A stretch of DNA of 39,053 bases from positions 1-39,053 of the forward strand of contig CAYMAP010000002.1 in the NCBI GenBank assembly GCA_964388425.1, in the 5' to 3' direction. The translations under genes and the position numbers were made by a program. The notes beneath the pieces were generated by a model. That model saw nothing but the letters and a program-made list of their open reading frames with translations, made no database searches and was not told the DNA's origin. Below are positions 7,891 through 16,324 of this stretch, in pieces. This DNA comes from an uncultured Planctomycetaceae bacterium (GTDB lineage: Bacteria; Planctomycetota; Phycisphaerae; SM23-33). Positions within the stretch are counted from its first letter, which is position 1. Each line of letters starts with the position of its first letter.

Positions 7891-8751
7891 TCAATACTCG
7901 ACTGGCAGCTTCTGCACTTCCGCCAGGCTGAAGACCGGCCCGTCGATGCAGACGTACTTACTGCCGATGTTGCACCGGCCGCACTTACCGATACCGCATT
8001 TCATCCGCATCTCGAAACTCACGTAGACGTCCTCGGGGGAAAAGCCCAGCTCCTCCAGGACGGGGATGGTGAACTTCAGCATCACCGGCGGCCCGCAGAG
8101 CAGGCAGATTGCATTCTCCGCCGCCGGCTCGACCTGCTCGAGCACCTGCGGGACGAACCCGACGTTTCGTTCCCAACCCTCCTCGGCCTGGTCGATCGTC
8201 AGGTGTACGTCGATGTCGTCCCGGCCTTCCCAGTCGAGGAACTCCTCGCGGTAGCACAGCTCCCCGCTGCTCCGCGCGCCGTACACGGTGACGATATCGC
8301 CCACCGTCGGGCGGACGGTCTCGTCCAGCAGGTAGCGGATCGTCGAACGCAGCGTCGTCACCGCGAACCCGCCGGAGACCAGCAGCAGGTTCTTCCCCGC
8401 GAACCGTTCGATCGGATAGCCGTTGCCCAGCGGCCCGCGCAGCCCCATCTGCCGGCCCGGCTCGGAGCTGTGCAGAGCGTTGGTCACCACGCCCGAGGCG
8501 TAACGCTTGACCGTGAACTCCACGTAGTCCTCGTCGAGCGGGCTGGAGGCGATGCCGATCGGACTCTCGCCGTAGCCCAGCAGGCTGAGCTCGGCGAACT
8601 GGCCGACGCGGAAGTCGAAGGCTCGGCGATCCTCGGGGTTGCGGAACGTCAGCCGAAACGTCCGCAGATCGCGGGCGTCGTTTTCCGGGCGGATCTGGTC
8701 GATGACGACCGGGTAAGGAATGTACGGGTTGGCCTGGTGGGCTTCGGTCAC
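7891..8751 (-). CDS. FlxA-like / HydG- or AsrB-like FAD and NAD(P)-binding oxidoreductase subunit with C-terminal [2Fe-2S] motif, 286 aa
   Basis: The GTG start at 8751 overlaps the upstream stop (GTGA). It has a ferredoxin-reductase-like fold (..FRVGQFAELSL..SPIGIASSP..LVSGGFAVTTL..) and a C-terminal CGIGKCGRCNIG..C motif. Confidence 0.75.
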   Translation of the reverse strand: MTEAHQANPYIPYPVVIDQIRPENDARDLRTFRLTFRNPEDRRAFDFRVGQFAELSLLGYGESPIGIASSPLDEDYVEFTVKRYASGVVTNALHSSEPGRQMGLRGPLGNGYPIERFAGKNLLLVSGGFAVTTLRSTIRYLLDETVRPTVGDIVTVYGARSSGELCYREEFLDWEGRDDIDVHLTIDQAEEGWERNVGFVPQVLEQVEPAAENAICLLCGPPVMLKFTIPVLEELGFSPEDVYVSFEMRMKCGIGKCGRCNIGSKYVCIDGPVFSLAEVQKLPVEY

Positions 8752-9815
8752 GTTCCGTCTCCGGGGGGCTCGGGGCGGGTCTGCTCGATCCGAGTCAGGA
8801 TGTCGCGCAGGTCGTTGTTGGCCGGGCAGGCGTTGACGCACCGCCCGCAACCGACGCAGAAAGGCCTCTGGAAGTTGCGGTAGCCGTAGTTGAACTTGTG
8901 CATGATCCGCTGCCGGCAGCGCGGGTAGCGGTCGTCTCGCGGGTTGTGCCCGCTGGCGTGCTGCGTGAAGCCCTGGAACTGGCAGGTGTCCCAGTTCCGC
9001 ACCCGAGCGCCGGTTTGTCCGCGGGTCTCCTCGGAAATGTCGAAGCAGTGGCAGGTCGGGCAGAGGAACGCACACGCCCCACAGGAAACGCACTTGTGGG
9101 CGATTTCACGCCAGTAGTCGTCATCGAACATCGCGTCGAGTTTGTCCGCCAGCACCGCCGGATCGAACCCCGCGTCGATGTGCCCCGCCGCTTCGTCGCG
9201 CAGTCGTTTCAGGGTTGCAAGGTCCTCGGCGGTCGCTTCGCCAAAGGCGTCGCAGGCGTCGATCAGCTCCGCGCCGGTCTCCGTGAGCACCTCCGCGAGG
9301 TACCGCCCCGGGGCGACCTCCGCGAGGAACACGTCCGCGCCGTCGTTCGACAGCGGGCCGATGCCCACGAGGTGACAGAAGCAGGACTCCGGGTTCTGCT
9401 CGAACGGCACGCCGACGGCCACGATGGCCGTCATCGCCCGCCGGTCGAGATACGGCTTGTCGGGGTACGGCTCGGCGGAGAAGACCGCGTCCAGCACCCC
9501 CACCGCCGCGACGTCCGCCGGGTGCAATCCGAAGAGCACCTGCGACTGCGGGGGCTTGGGGGGGATAACCTCCTCGCTGTCCCGCCCCAGCCGATAATAA
9601 AACAGCACCTCGGTCCGCGGCAGGAGGGCTTCCTTGGGGCTGTTCCGCGGGACATCACCGATCGGCGAGACCGACGAGCCTTCGGTGACCCACTGGAACT
9701 TCCGCAGCCCGTCCGTGACGACCGGCGCGAAGACCTTCCGCAGCTGGAGAATCGAATTGACGAACAATCCCAGCTTCTCGGCCTCAATCGTTTTTGTCTG
9801 CAACACGTCGCTCAT
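8748..9815 (-). CDS. FlxB-like / HydB- or AsrA-like iron-sulfur subunit, 355 aa
   Basis: The Cys motifs are CVSCGACAFLCPTCHC and CVGCGRCVNACP. It lies immediately upstream of, and is coupled to, the FAD/NAD subunit, as in sulfhydrogenase beta-gamma, AsrAB and FlxBA pairs. Confidence 0.75.
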   Translation of the reverse strand: MSDVLQTKTIEAEKLGLFVNSILQLRKVFAPVVTDGLRKFQWVTEGSSVSPIGDVPRNSPKEALLPRTEVLFYYRLGRDSEEVIPPKPPQSQVLFGLHPADVAAVGVLDAVFSAEPYPDKPYLDRRAMTAIVAVGVPFEQNPESCFCHLVGIGPLSNDGADVFLAEVAPGRYLAEVLTETGAELIDACDAFGEATAEDLATLKRLRDEAAGHIDAGFDPAVLADKLDAMFDDDYWREIAHKCVSCGACAFLCPTCHCFDISEETRGQTGARVRNWDTCQFQGFTQHASGHNPRDDRYPRCRQRIMHKFNYGYRNFQRPFCVGCGRCVNACPANNDLRDILTRIEQTRPEPPGDGT

Positions 9816-9870
9816 GTTTTCTCACAGATGCTGTTCGTGTTCTTCCTGCCTTCGGTCTCCTGCCTTCTGA

Positions 9871-10818
9871 CTACTTAAAAATATCATTCACGTCTTCGAA
9901 CGTGAAACAGCCCAGCGGCGCCTGTGTTTCCGGATCCATCCCCGCCTCGAAGCCGTCGAAGAGATTCTTGACGTCCTTGCGGAGCTTGTCGTTGTAGACC
10001 CGCAGGTCCACGCCTACCGGGCAGGCCCGCACGCAGGCTCCGCAGCCGGTGCATCGCCCGGCGAGGTGGTGCAGCCGGGTCATGTGGAAGAACATCGCGT
10101 CGGCGGGGTCGTCGGTCTTGCTCATCCACTTGGGGTTCGTCGAGTCCGCGAAGCACTCTCCGCAATAGCAGGCCGGGCAGACGTTCCGACAGGCCAGGCA
10201 CAGCACGCACTTGCCCATCTCGGCCCGGAAGGCTTCCCAGCGGGCGGCGCTGTCGGCGGACTCGAGTTCCCCGACGCGCGGTGAGAGTTCCGTGAGCATC
10301 CCCTCGCCGGTCGGCTCGGCAAGGAGGTAATCGGCGAATCGCGGGTCCTCGCGGAACTCCGGGTAGATCACGTCCGCCAGCGCCAGCCGACGCTCCTTCC
10401 CGCAGGCCTGCACGACGACGGTCTCTTCCTCGACCGAAGCGCCGGTAAAACTCTCGGTTCCCACGGCCCGGGCGACGCGGCGGCGGTCGATCACGCCGTC
10501 GCACGGAGCGCCGAGGATCACCACCTCTTCGCGCTTGACCTGCCGCTCCTGAATCAGCCCGACGATGGACCGCTCGTCGCAGCCTTTCGCGACGATCGCG
10601 ACCTTCTGCCCGCGGAACTGGTGGAGGTAGTTGGCAAGGTTGTACTCGCACGTCCGGTCAAAAATCAGCCGCTCGGCCTCCTCCGGCGTGCGCGCGAACA
10701 AAGGCGTGGCCGTCAGCGGTCGGTGCCCGGCCTCGTAGCCGATCACCACCGAGACCTCGCCGTCGGCGAGCAGTTGCTTTGCGATCCGTTTGAGGTCCAC
10801 CACGTCGGCCACGTTCAT
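9871..10818 (-). CDS. FlxC-like iron-sulfur protein, 315 aa
   Basis: ORF 9871..11247 is trimmed to the ATG at 10818, which forms an ATGA overlap with mvhD. The Cys motifs are CVLCLACRNVCPACYC and CTGCGACVRACP. Its N-terminal half resembles that of the FlxB-like neighbour. Confidence 0.65.
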   Translation of the reverse strand: MNVADVVDLKRIAKQLLADGEVSVVIGYEAGHRPLTATPLFARTPEEAERLIFDRTCEYNLANYLHQFRGQKVAIVAKGCDERSIVGLIQERQVKREEVVILGAPCDGVIDRRRVARAVGTESFTGASVEEETVVVQACGKERRLALADVIYPEFREDPRFADYLLAEPTGEGMLTELSPRVGELESADSAARWEAFRAEMGKCVLCLACRNVCPACYCGECFADSTNPKWMSKTDDPADAMFFHMTRLHHLAGRCTGCGACVRACPVGVDLRVYNDKLRKDVKNLFDGFEAGMDPETQAPLGCFTFEDVNDIFK

Positions 10819-11315
10819 GCTCCCTGCTTTGCGGTTTCGTCGGCCAGCTCGGCCGGGAGGTCCCACAGCCGTTTGACCATACGATTCGCCGGGCCCAACG
10901 AACGGATGCTCTCGGTCACCTCGCGGATGACGTCGGCGAACTTCTGGCCCTCCGAGGCACTGACCCAACTGAACTGCACGCGCCCCGGCTCGAGCCCGCA
11001 GAACTCCAGCATCCGCTGGAGGACGAGGAACCGTCGGCGGGCGTAGTAGTTGCCCGTGAGGTAGTGGCAGTCGCCCGGGTGACAGCCGCTGACCAGCACG
11101 CCGTCGACGCCCTGCTGCAGCGCCCGCAGGATGAACATCGGGTTCACCCGCCCGCTGCACGGCACGCGGATGACGCGGACGTTCGGCGGGTACTGAATCC
11201 GCGAGACGCCCGCGAGGTCCGCCCCGGCGTAGCTGCACCAGTTGCACAGAAACGCCAAAATCCGCGGCTGAAACGCAGTGTCTTTCGCGTCGTGTTGTTT
11301 GCTGTTTTCTGTCAT
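10815..11315 (-). CDS. mvhD: MvhD/FlxD-type [2Fe-2S] electron-transfer protein (methyl-viologen-reducing hydrogenase delta subunit family), 166 aa
   Basis: It has the canonical motifs ILAFLCNWCSYAGAD, IRVPCSGRVNP and VSGCHPGDCHY. Confidence 0.9.
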   Translation of the reverse strand: MTENSKQHDAKDTAFQPRILAFLCNWCSYAGADLAGVSRIQYPPNVRVIRVPCSGRVNPMFILRALQQGVDGVLVSGCHPGDCHYLTGNYYARRRFLVLQRMLEFCGLEPGRVQFSWVSASEGQKFADVIREVTESIRSLGPANRMVKRLWDLPAELADETAKQGA

Positions 11316-11366
11316 GTCACACGAGTCCGGCCATTTCGCACTCCGCTTTCCACACGTCGCATTTGT

Positions 11367-14300
11367 CTACAGTTGCAGGATTTCCGCGAGGATCTGCTGG
11401 TTTGTAAAACCCCGCAGGTCCAGTGCCCCGGAGCGGCAGGCGGCGACGCACGCGCCGCAGCCCTTGCAGACGGCCGGGTTTACCTGGGCGCATTGCTTCT
11501 CATCCCGGCCGAGGCGGACTTTTTCCATCGTGATCGCCGAGTACGGGCAGATGCTCTCGCAGAGCCCGCAGGTTGCGCACTTCTCGGGGCTGCACTCGGC
11601 GATGGTGCCTTGGGTCTCGATTTCGCTTTTCTCCAGGACCGTACACGCCCGCCCGGCCGCGGCGAGGGCCTGGGCGACGGACTCGCCGGCGTTCTTGGGG
11701 TTGTGGGCCAACCCGCAGACGAACACGCCGTCCGTGGCGAACTCCACCGGCCTGAGCTTGACGTGGGCTTCCAGGAAGAAACCGTCGTCGTTGACGGGGA
11801 CCTTCAGCAACTTGCCCATCGCATCATTGGCGGGGACGTCCGGCTGAACGCCCGTGGAAAGCACCACCCAGTCGGCCGGTAACCTCACCGACCCTCCCAG
11901 CAGATCGGAGGTGACGGAAACCGCCAGCGGAAGTCCGTTCGACACGGACGGGACGTCCGTGCCACGAACAACATCCGGGAGCTGGTCATCCTCGAAGCGG
12001 ATGAACGTCACGCCCAGTTCCCGTGCGCGCTGGTAGTGTTGCTCGGCCAGGCCGTAGGTGCGGATGTCGCGGTAGAGGACCGTCACGTCCGTTTCGGGGC
12101 AACGTTCTTTCAGGGAGACGGCGTTCTGCACCGCCCGCGTGCAGCAGATTCGGCTGCACCAGGGGTGCTCGTCGCTCCGCGAGCCGACGCACTGGATCAT
12201 GACCACGCGCGATGGCGCTTCGTCGAAGGGTTCGGTTTCCTGGAGCCTCGCCAGCAGATCGACCTGCGTGATGACGCGCTCGTGGGAGGCGGCGTACTCG
12301 TCCTCGGCCGGCTCGTAGGGCTTGGCGCCCGTGGCGACGACGACAGCTCCGCAGGGCAGTTCCGTCCCGTCGGACAATTGCAGCGTGAAGTTCCCGACGA
12401 ACCCGTGGACGTCCGTGACGCTCGTCGCGGTGTGGACGGTGACGTTGGGATGGTTCCGCAGGGCCTGTTCCCATTCGGCGAGTTTCTGGCGGTAGTCCTG
12501 GCCCTCGAAGCCGCGGGGGACGTGGCGGAGGTTCCCGCCGAGCCGGTCCTCGCGTTCGATCAGGTGGACGGGGTAGCCGCGGTCGGCGATCGCCAGGGCC
12601 GCGTGCATGCCCGCGACGCCCCCACCGAGGACCGCGCCCTGCTGCTGGACGGCGACGCGCTCCGGGTGCAGCGCCTGGAGGTGCCTCGCCTTGGCGACGA
12701 TCATCCGCAGCAGGTCCCGGGCTTTTTCCGTCGCGGCCTCGGGTTCGTTCATGTGCGCCCAGGAGCACTGGTCGCGGATGTTGGCCATCACGAAGAGGTT
12801 CGGGTTCAGCCCCGCCTCGCGCAGCGTCTGCTGGAAAAGCGGCTCGTGCGTCCGCGGCGTACACGACGCGACGACCACGCGGTTGAGGTCGTGCTCGACG
12901 ATCATGTCGCGGATGTGGACCTGCGTGTCCTGGCTGCAGGTGTAGAGGTTGTCCTCGGCGTGGACGACGTTCGGCAGGGCCTTGACGTACTCGGCGACGC
13001 TGGGGACGTCGACGATCCCGCCGATGTTGATCCCGCAGTGGCAGACGAACACGCCGATTCGCGGCGGCTCGGCCGAGAGGTCCTTCTCCGGCGGGTACTC
13101 CGCCTGCCGCGTCAGCGTCCCCGTCGACTCGGCCAGCAGCCGGCCGGACTGGCACGCCGCCGCCGAGGCCTGCACGACCGTCTCGGGAATGTCCTTCGGG
13201 CCCTCGGCGACGCCGATGGCGAACACGCCCTTCCGCGAGGTCTCCATCGGCACGTCCGGGTCCGTCGCGACGAAACCGAACTCATTGACCCGGATGCCGA
13301 GCGTCCGGCAGAGGGCGCGAACCTCCGGCGGGGCCTGGAAGCCGACGCTCAGGACGACCATATCGAAGCTCTCGTGCTGCACGCCGTCGGCGGTTGCGAA
13401 GGTCAGCACGAGTTGCCCGCTCGCTTCGTCACGTTCGACGTTGCTGACCCGCGAGCGGACGAATCGCACGCCGTACTCCCGCTTGGCCCGGAGGCAGTAT
13501 TTGTCGAAGTCCTTGCCGTACGCCCGCAGGTCCATCAGGAACACCGTCGGCTGGACGCGTTTCTCGTGTTCGTGGGCGATGACGGCTTCCTTGACGGCGT
13601 ACATGCAGCAGACGCTCGAGCAGTACCCGTCGCGGCAGGAGAGGTCCCGCGAGCCGACGCACTGCAGGAAGGCGACTTTCTCGGGGACCTTGTGGTCGCT
13701 GGGGCGGACGACGTGCCCGCCCGTCGGCCCGGAGGCCGAGAGAATCCGCTCGAACTCCATGCTCGTGACGACGTCCGGCAGGCGGTTGCCGCCGAGGTCG
13801 AAGCAGGCCTGTTTTTCGTAGAGCCGCCCGCCGGGCGCGAGGATGACCGAGCCGACCTCGATGTCGCTGAACGTGGCGGTCTGGGAGTGGTCGACGGCGC
13901 GGGCCTGGCAGGCGCGGACGCACGCGCCGCAGTTGCTGCAGATGCCGCACTGCATGCAGCGGTCGGCTTCGGCGAGGGCGTCGGCTTCGCTGTAGCCCAA
14001 CTCGACCTCCTCGAAACTGTCCGTCCGGCGATCCATCGGAAGCGTGGGAATGATCTGGCGGGCGGCTTCCTTCTCCTTCCGGCCGGTCATATCCGGGTGG
14101 GCGACGCGCAGCGGGCTGACCGCCCGGGCGTGGGTCGGTTCTTCGGCGAGGTGGTGGGCGAGGTTGTCCGCGGCGTGTCGGCCGGCCGCGATCGCCTCGA
14201 TGACGCTCGCCGGGCCCGTCACGGCGTCCCCGGCGGCGAAGACGCCCGGCATGGACGTCTCCAGCGTTTCGTCGTCAACGTCCAGCGTTCCCCAGCGGGT

Positions 14301-15836
14301 GGTGGCCAGCTCCTCGCCGAGCCAGTCCAGGCCCGGCTTCTGGCCGATAGCGGGAATCAGCGCATCGCAGTCGAGGTCGAACGTCTCGCCCTCGATGGGC
14401 ACGGGCCTGCGCCGACCGGAGTCGTCCGCCGGGCCCAGCTTCATCTTCTGGCAGGTGATTTTGACAAGTTTTCCGTCGGCGGCGTGGATCGCGCAGGGAT
14501 TGGCGAGGAAGAGGAACTCCACGCCTTCTTCGATGGCGTCGTGGACTTCGTGGGCGTCGGCGGGCATCTCGGCCTGGGTGCGACGGTAGACGACGGTGAC
14601 ATCCTTGCCCAGCCGGACGGAGGTGCGGGCGGCGTCGATGGCGGCATTGCCTCCGCCGACCACCACGACCCGCCGGCCGGTCGTGTCGGACTTGCCCGAC
14701 GCGAGGTTCCGCAGGAACTCCACCGCGTCCAGGACGCCCTCGGTGGTGTCCTCGCCGTCCAGCCGGAGCTTGCTGCCGACGTGCGCGCCGACGGCCAGCA
14801 GAACCCCGGCGAACTCCTTGCGGAGCTCGGCGAGTTTGCTCTCGCGTCCGACGGCCTGGTGCGTGCGAATCTCCACGCCGAGCCTGCGGATGCAGTCGAT
14901 CTCGAAGTCGAGCTGGTCCTTGGGGAGCCGATAGTCCGGTATGCCGTAGCGCATCATCCCGCCGGGTTCGGCGAGCTCCTCGAAGACCGTCACGGGGTGG
15001 CCGGCCCGGGCGAGGTCGGCGGCGGCCTGCAGCCCGGCAGGTCCCGCGCCGATGACCGCGACCTTCTGTTCGGGGAAGGTCACCTCCGCCGGAGCGATCT
15101 GCACCTCCTCGGCGTGCTCGCGTTCCCAGTCGCAGATGAACCGCTTCAGGTGCATGATGTCCACGGGCTGCTCGACCTGTCCGCGGGTGCAGTGAGTCTC
15201 GCAGAACCGCACGCAGACCCGGCCACAGACGGCGGGGAAGGCGATCTTGTCGCGGACGATCTCCAGGGCTTCGGCGTACTTCTTCTGGCGGATCAGCGCG
15301 ACGAAGCCCTGCACGGGCACGTCCGCGGGGCAGGCGTGCTGGCAGGGCGGTTCGCCGGCCTTCTGGATGGTGTAGACGTTCGGCACGCCCTGGGCGTAGG
15401 GGCGGAAGATGGCCTTGCGTGCGGTCTGGCCTTCCTCGTATTCGTTGGGCAGGCTTACCGGGCAGACCTCTTCGCAGTCGCCGCAGCCGGTGCAGGCCTC
15501 GGGGTCGACGTAGCGGGGCTTGTGGCGGATCCGCGCGGTGAAGTGCCCGGCCGAGCCAGTCACGGACTCGACCTCGCAGTAGGTCAGCAGTTCGATGTTC
15601 AGGTGCCTCCCGGCCTCGACGAGCTTCGGCGAGAGGATGCACATCGAGCAGTCATTCGTGGGGAAGGTCTTGTCCAGCCGGGCCATGTGCCCGCCGATGG
15701 AGGGGTCCGATTCCACGAGGTAGACCTTCTGGCCGGAGTCGGCGAGGTCCAGGGCCGCCTGGATGCCGCCGATGCCGCCTCCGACGACCAGCACCGCCCC
15801 GATGTTCGGTTTGCCGCTGTCTGCGTTTCGGATCAT
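11367..15836 (-). CDS. Giant HdrA-GltD/NfnB-HdrA fusion flavo-iron-sulfur protein (HdrL-type), 1489 aa
   Basis: ORF 11367..16193 is trimmed to the ATG at 15836, an ATGA overlap. There are two HdrA signatures (CVGSRD..CSSVCC at aa 726-744 and CVGSRS..CSRICC at aa 1216-1232) and three dinucleotide folds (VVGGGIGG, VIGAGPAG, VLGGGVAG). A GltD/NfnB-like module spans about aa 160-560 (CQHACP..GRVCVRFCE..C, GGMMRYGIPDYRLPK, VVVGGGNAAIDAA, GVFAAGD). An HdrA N-domain motif VCHCGINIGG lies at aa 931-940, and 4Fe-4S motifs lie at the C-terminus. Confidence 0.85.
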   Translation of the reverse strand: MIRNADSGKPNIGAVLVVGGGIGGIQAALDLADSGQKVYLVESDPSIGGHMARLDKTFPTNDCSMCILSPKLVEAGRHLNIELLTYCEVESVTGSAGHFTARIRHKPRYVDPEACTGCGDCEEVCPVSLPNEYEEGQTARKAIFRPYAQGVPNVYTIQKAGEPPCQHACPADVPVQGFVALIRQKKYAEALEIVRDKIAFPAVCGRVCVRFCETHCTRGQVEQPVDIMHLKRFICDWEREHAEEVQIAPAEVTFPEQKVAVIGAGPAGLQAAADLARAGHPVTVFEELAEPGGMMRYGIPDYRLPKDQLDFEIDCIRRLGVEIRTHQAVGRESKLAELRKEFAGVLLAVGAHVGSKLRLDGEDTTEGVLDAVEFLRNLASGKSDTTGRRVVVVGGGNAAIDAARTSVRLGKDVTVVYRRTQAEMPADAHEVHDAIEEGVEFLFLANPCAIHAADGKLVKITCQKMKLGPADDSGRRRPVPIEGETFDLDCDALIPAIGQKPGLDWLGEELATTRWGTLDVDDETLETSMPGVFAAGDAVTGPASVIEAIAAGRHAADNLAHHLAEEPTHARAVSPLRVAHPDMTGRKEKEAARQIIPTLPMDRRTDSFEEVELGYSEADALAEADRCMQCGICSNCGACVRACQARAVDHSQTATFSDIEVGSVILAPGGRLYEKQACFDLGGNRLPDVVTSMEFERILSASGPTGGHVVRPSDHKVPEKVAFLQCVGSRDLSCRDGYCSSVCCMYAVKEAVIAHEHEKRVQPTVFLMDLRAYGKDFDKYCLRAKREYGVRFVRSRVSNVERDEASGQLVLTFATADGVQHESFDMVVLSVGFQAPPEVRALCRTLGIRVNEFGFVATDPDVPMETSRKGVFAIGVAEGPKDIPETVVQASAAACQSGRLLAESTGTLTRQAEYPPEKDLSAEPPRIGVFVCHCGINIGGIVDVPSVAEYVKALPNVVHAEDNLYTCSQDTQVHIRDMIVEHDLNRVVVASCTPRTHEPLFQQTLREAGLNPNLFVMANIRDQCSWAHMNEPEAATEKARDLLRMIVAKARHLQALHPERVAVQQQGAVLGGGVAGMHAALAIADRGYPVHLIEREDRLGGNLRHVPRGFEGQDYRQKLAEWEQALRNHPNVTVHTATSVTDVHGFVGNFTLQLSDGTELPCGAVVVATGAKPYEPAEDEYAASHERVITQVDLLARLQETEPFDEAPSRVVMIQCVGSRSDEHPWCSRICCTRAVQNAVSLKERCPETDVTVLYRDIRTYGLAEQHYQRARELGVTFIRFEDDQLPDVVRGTDVPSVSNGLPLAVSVTSDLLGGSVRLPADWVVLSTGVQPDVPANDAMGKLLKVPVNDDGFFLEAHVKLRPVEFATDGVFVCGLAHNPKNAGESVAQALAAAGRACTVLEKSEIETQGTIAECSPEKCATCGLCESICPYSAITMEKVRLGRDEKQCAQVNPAVCKGCGACVAACRSGALDLRGFTNQQILAEILQL

Positions 15837-16324
15837 GTCTGCGTTTCCTTCCGGATCGCTTCGATGGTCGTTTCGCAGGTCGCGGGGTTGTCGATGAGCT
15901 GTTGGACGAGCGCGCGGCGGGTCTGCTGGGCGAATTCGTCGAGCCGGCGGACGTTCTCCCATCGGTCGGCGGGGACGAAGCCCTCCGCGATCGCCATTTC
16001 TCGCAGGGCGCGCATCACGTCGCGGAACTTGACGTTCTGGGGGCACTGGCTGGTGCAGGCGTAGCACTGCACGCACCGCCAGAGGACCGGGTCGGAGAGG
16101 ACTTCTTTGCGCATGCCCAGGAGGACCTGGCGGATGATTTTGCGGGGGTTGAACTCGCTGTCGATGGCGGCGACGGGGCAGGCCGCGGTGCACGTGCCGC
16201 AGGAGAAGCAGAGCGTGACGTTCTGCCCGCCGGGGTGGGCGGCGACGTCGTATTTGAACTGCGGGTCGAGCTGTGTCGGGTCGATCGGATCGGCGGTCGG
16301 GGGGCTCGGCGTTGTCGGAGTCAT
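15833..16324 (-). CDS. HdrC-like 2x[4Fe-4S] protein, 163 aa
   Basis: ORF 15833..16963 is trimmed to the ATG at 16324, which forms an ATGA overlap with the metF stop. The motifs are CFSCGTCTAACP and CVQCYACTSQCPQNV, in an HdrC-like arrangement and length. Confidence 0.7.
   Translation of the reverse strand: MTPTTPSPPTADPIDPTQLDPQFKYDVAAHPGGQNVTLCFSCGTCTAACPVAAIDSEFNPRKIIRQVLLGMRKEVLSDPVLWRCVQCYACTSQCPQNVKFRDVMRALREMAIAEGFVPADRWENVRRLDEFAQQTRRALVQQLIDNPATCETTIEAIRKETQT

Noticed and set aside
7891-9815. Calling the FlxB/FlxA-like pair an anaerobic sulfite reductase (AsrAB), given the sulfate-activation genes elsewhere in the window.
   Set aside because: No siroheme subunit (AsrC) is present. 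The pair is coupled to MvhD, FlxC and Hdr-type genes, which fits the Flx or sulfhydrogenase-like electron-input module. The cys genes are 18 kb away, in a separate locus.
11367-15836. Selenocysteine (in-frame TGA) recoding, as reported for some large Hdr-type proteins.
   Set aside because: The reading frame is uninterrupted across all 1489 codons, and the conserved positions are Cys codons.
12036-16064. A 1342-aa plus-strand ORF, with many other long plus-strand ORFs between 7700 and 20800.
   Set aside because: It is the mirror of the HdrL gene. The composition is low-complexity (G/A/R/V/D-rich) with no recognisable motifs. Long antisense ORFs are expected in GC-rich DNA, where stop codons are rare, and the opposite strand carries unmistakable conserved domains.
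15837-16193. Long Arg/Pro-rich N-terminal extensions of ORF-track entries. They are 15837..16193, 6764..7273, 19653..20336, 16325..16963, 10819..11247, 8752..9093, 17998..18468, 4640..4795 and 925..1098.
   Set aside because: These extensions overlap the 3' end of the upstream gene in another frame and are low complexity. In each case an internal ATG or GTG gives a canonical family N-terminus, and most of those starts form 4-nt ATGA/GTGA overlaps.
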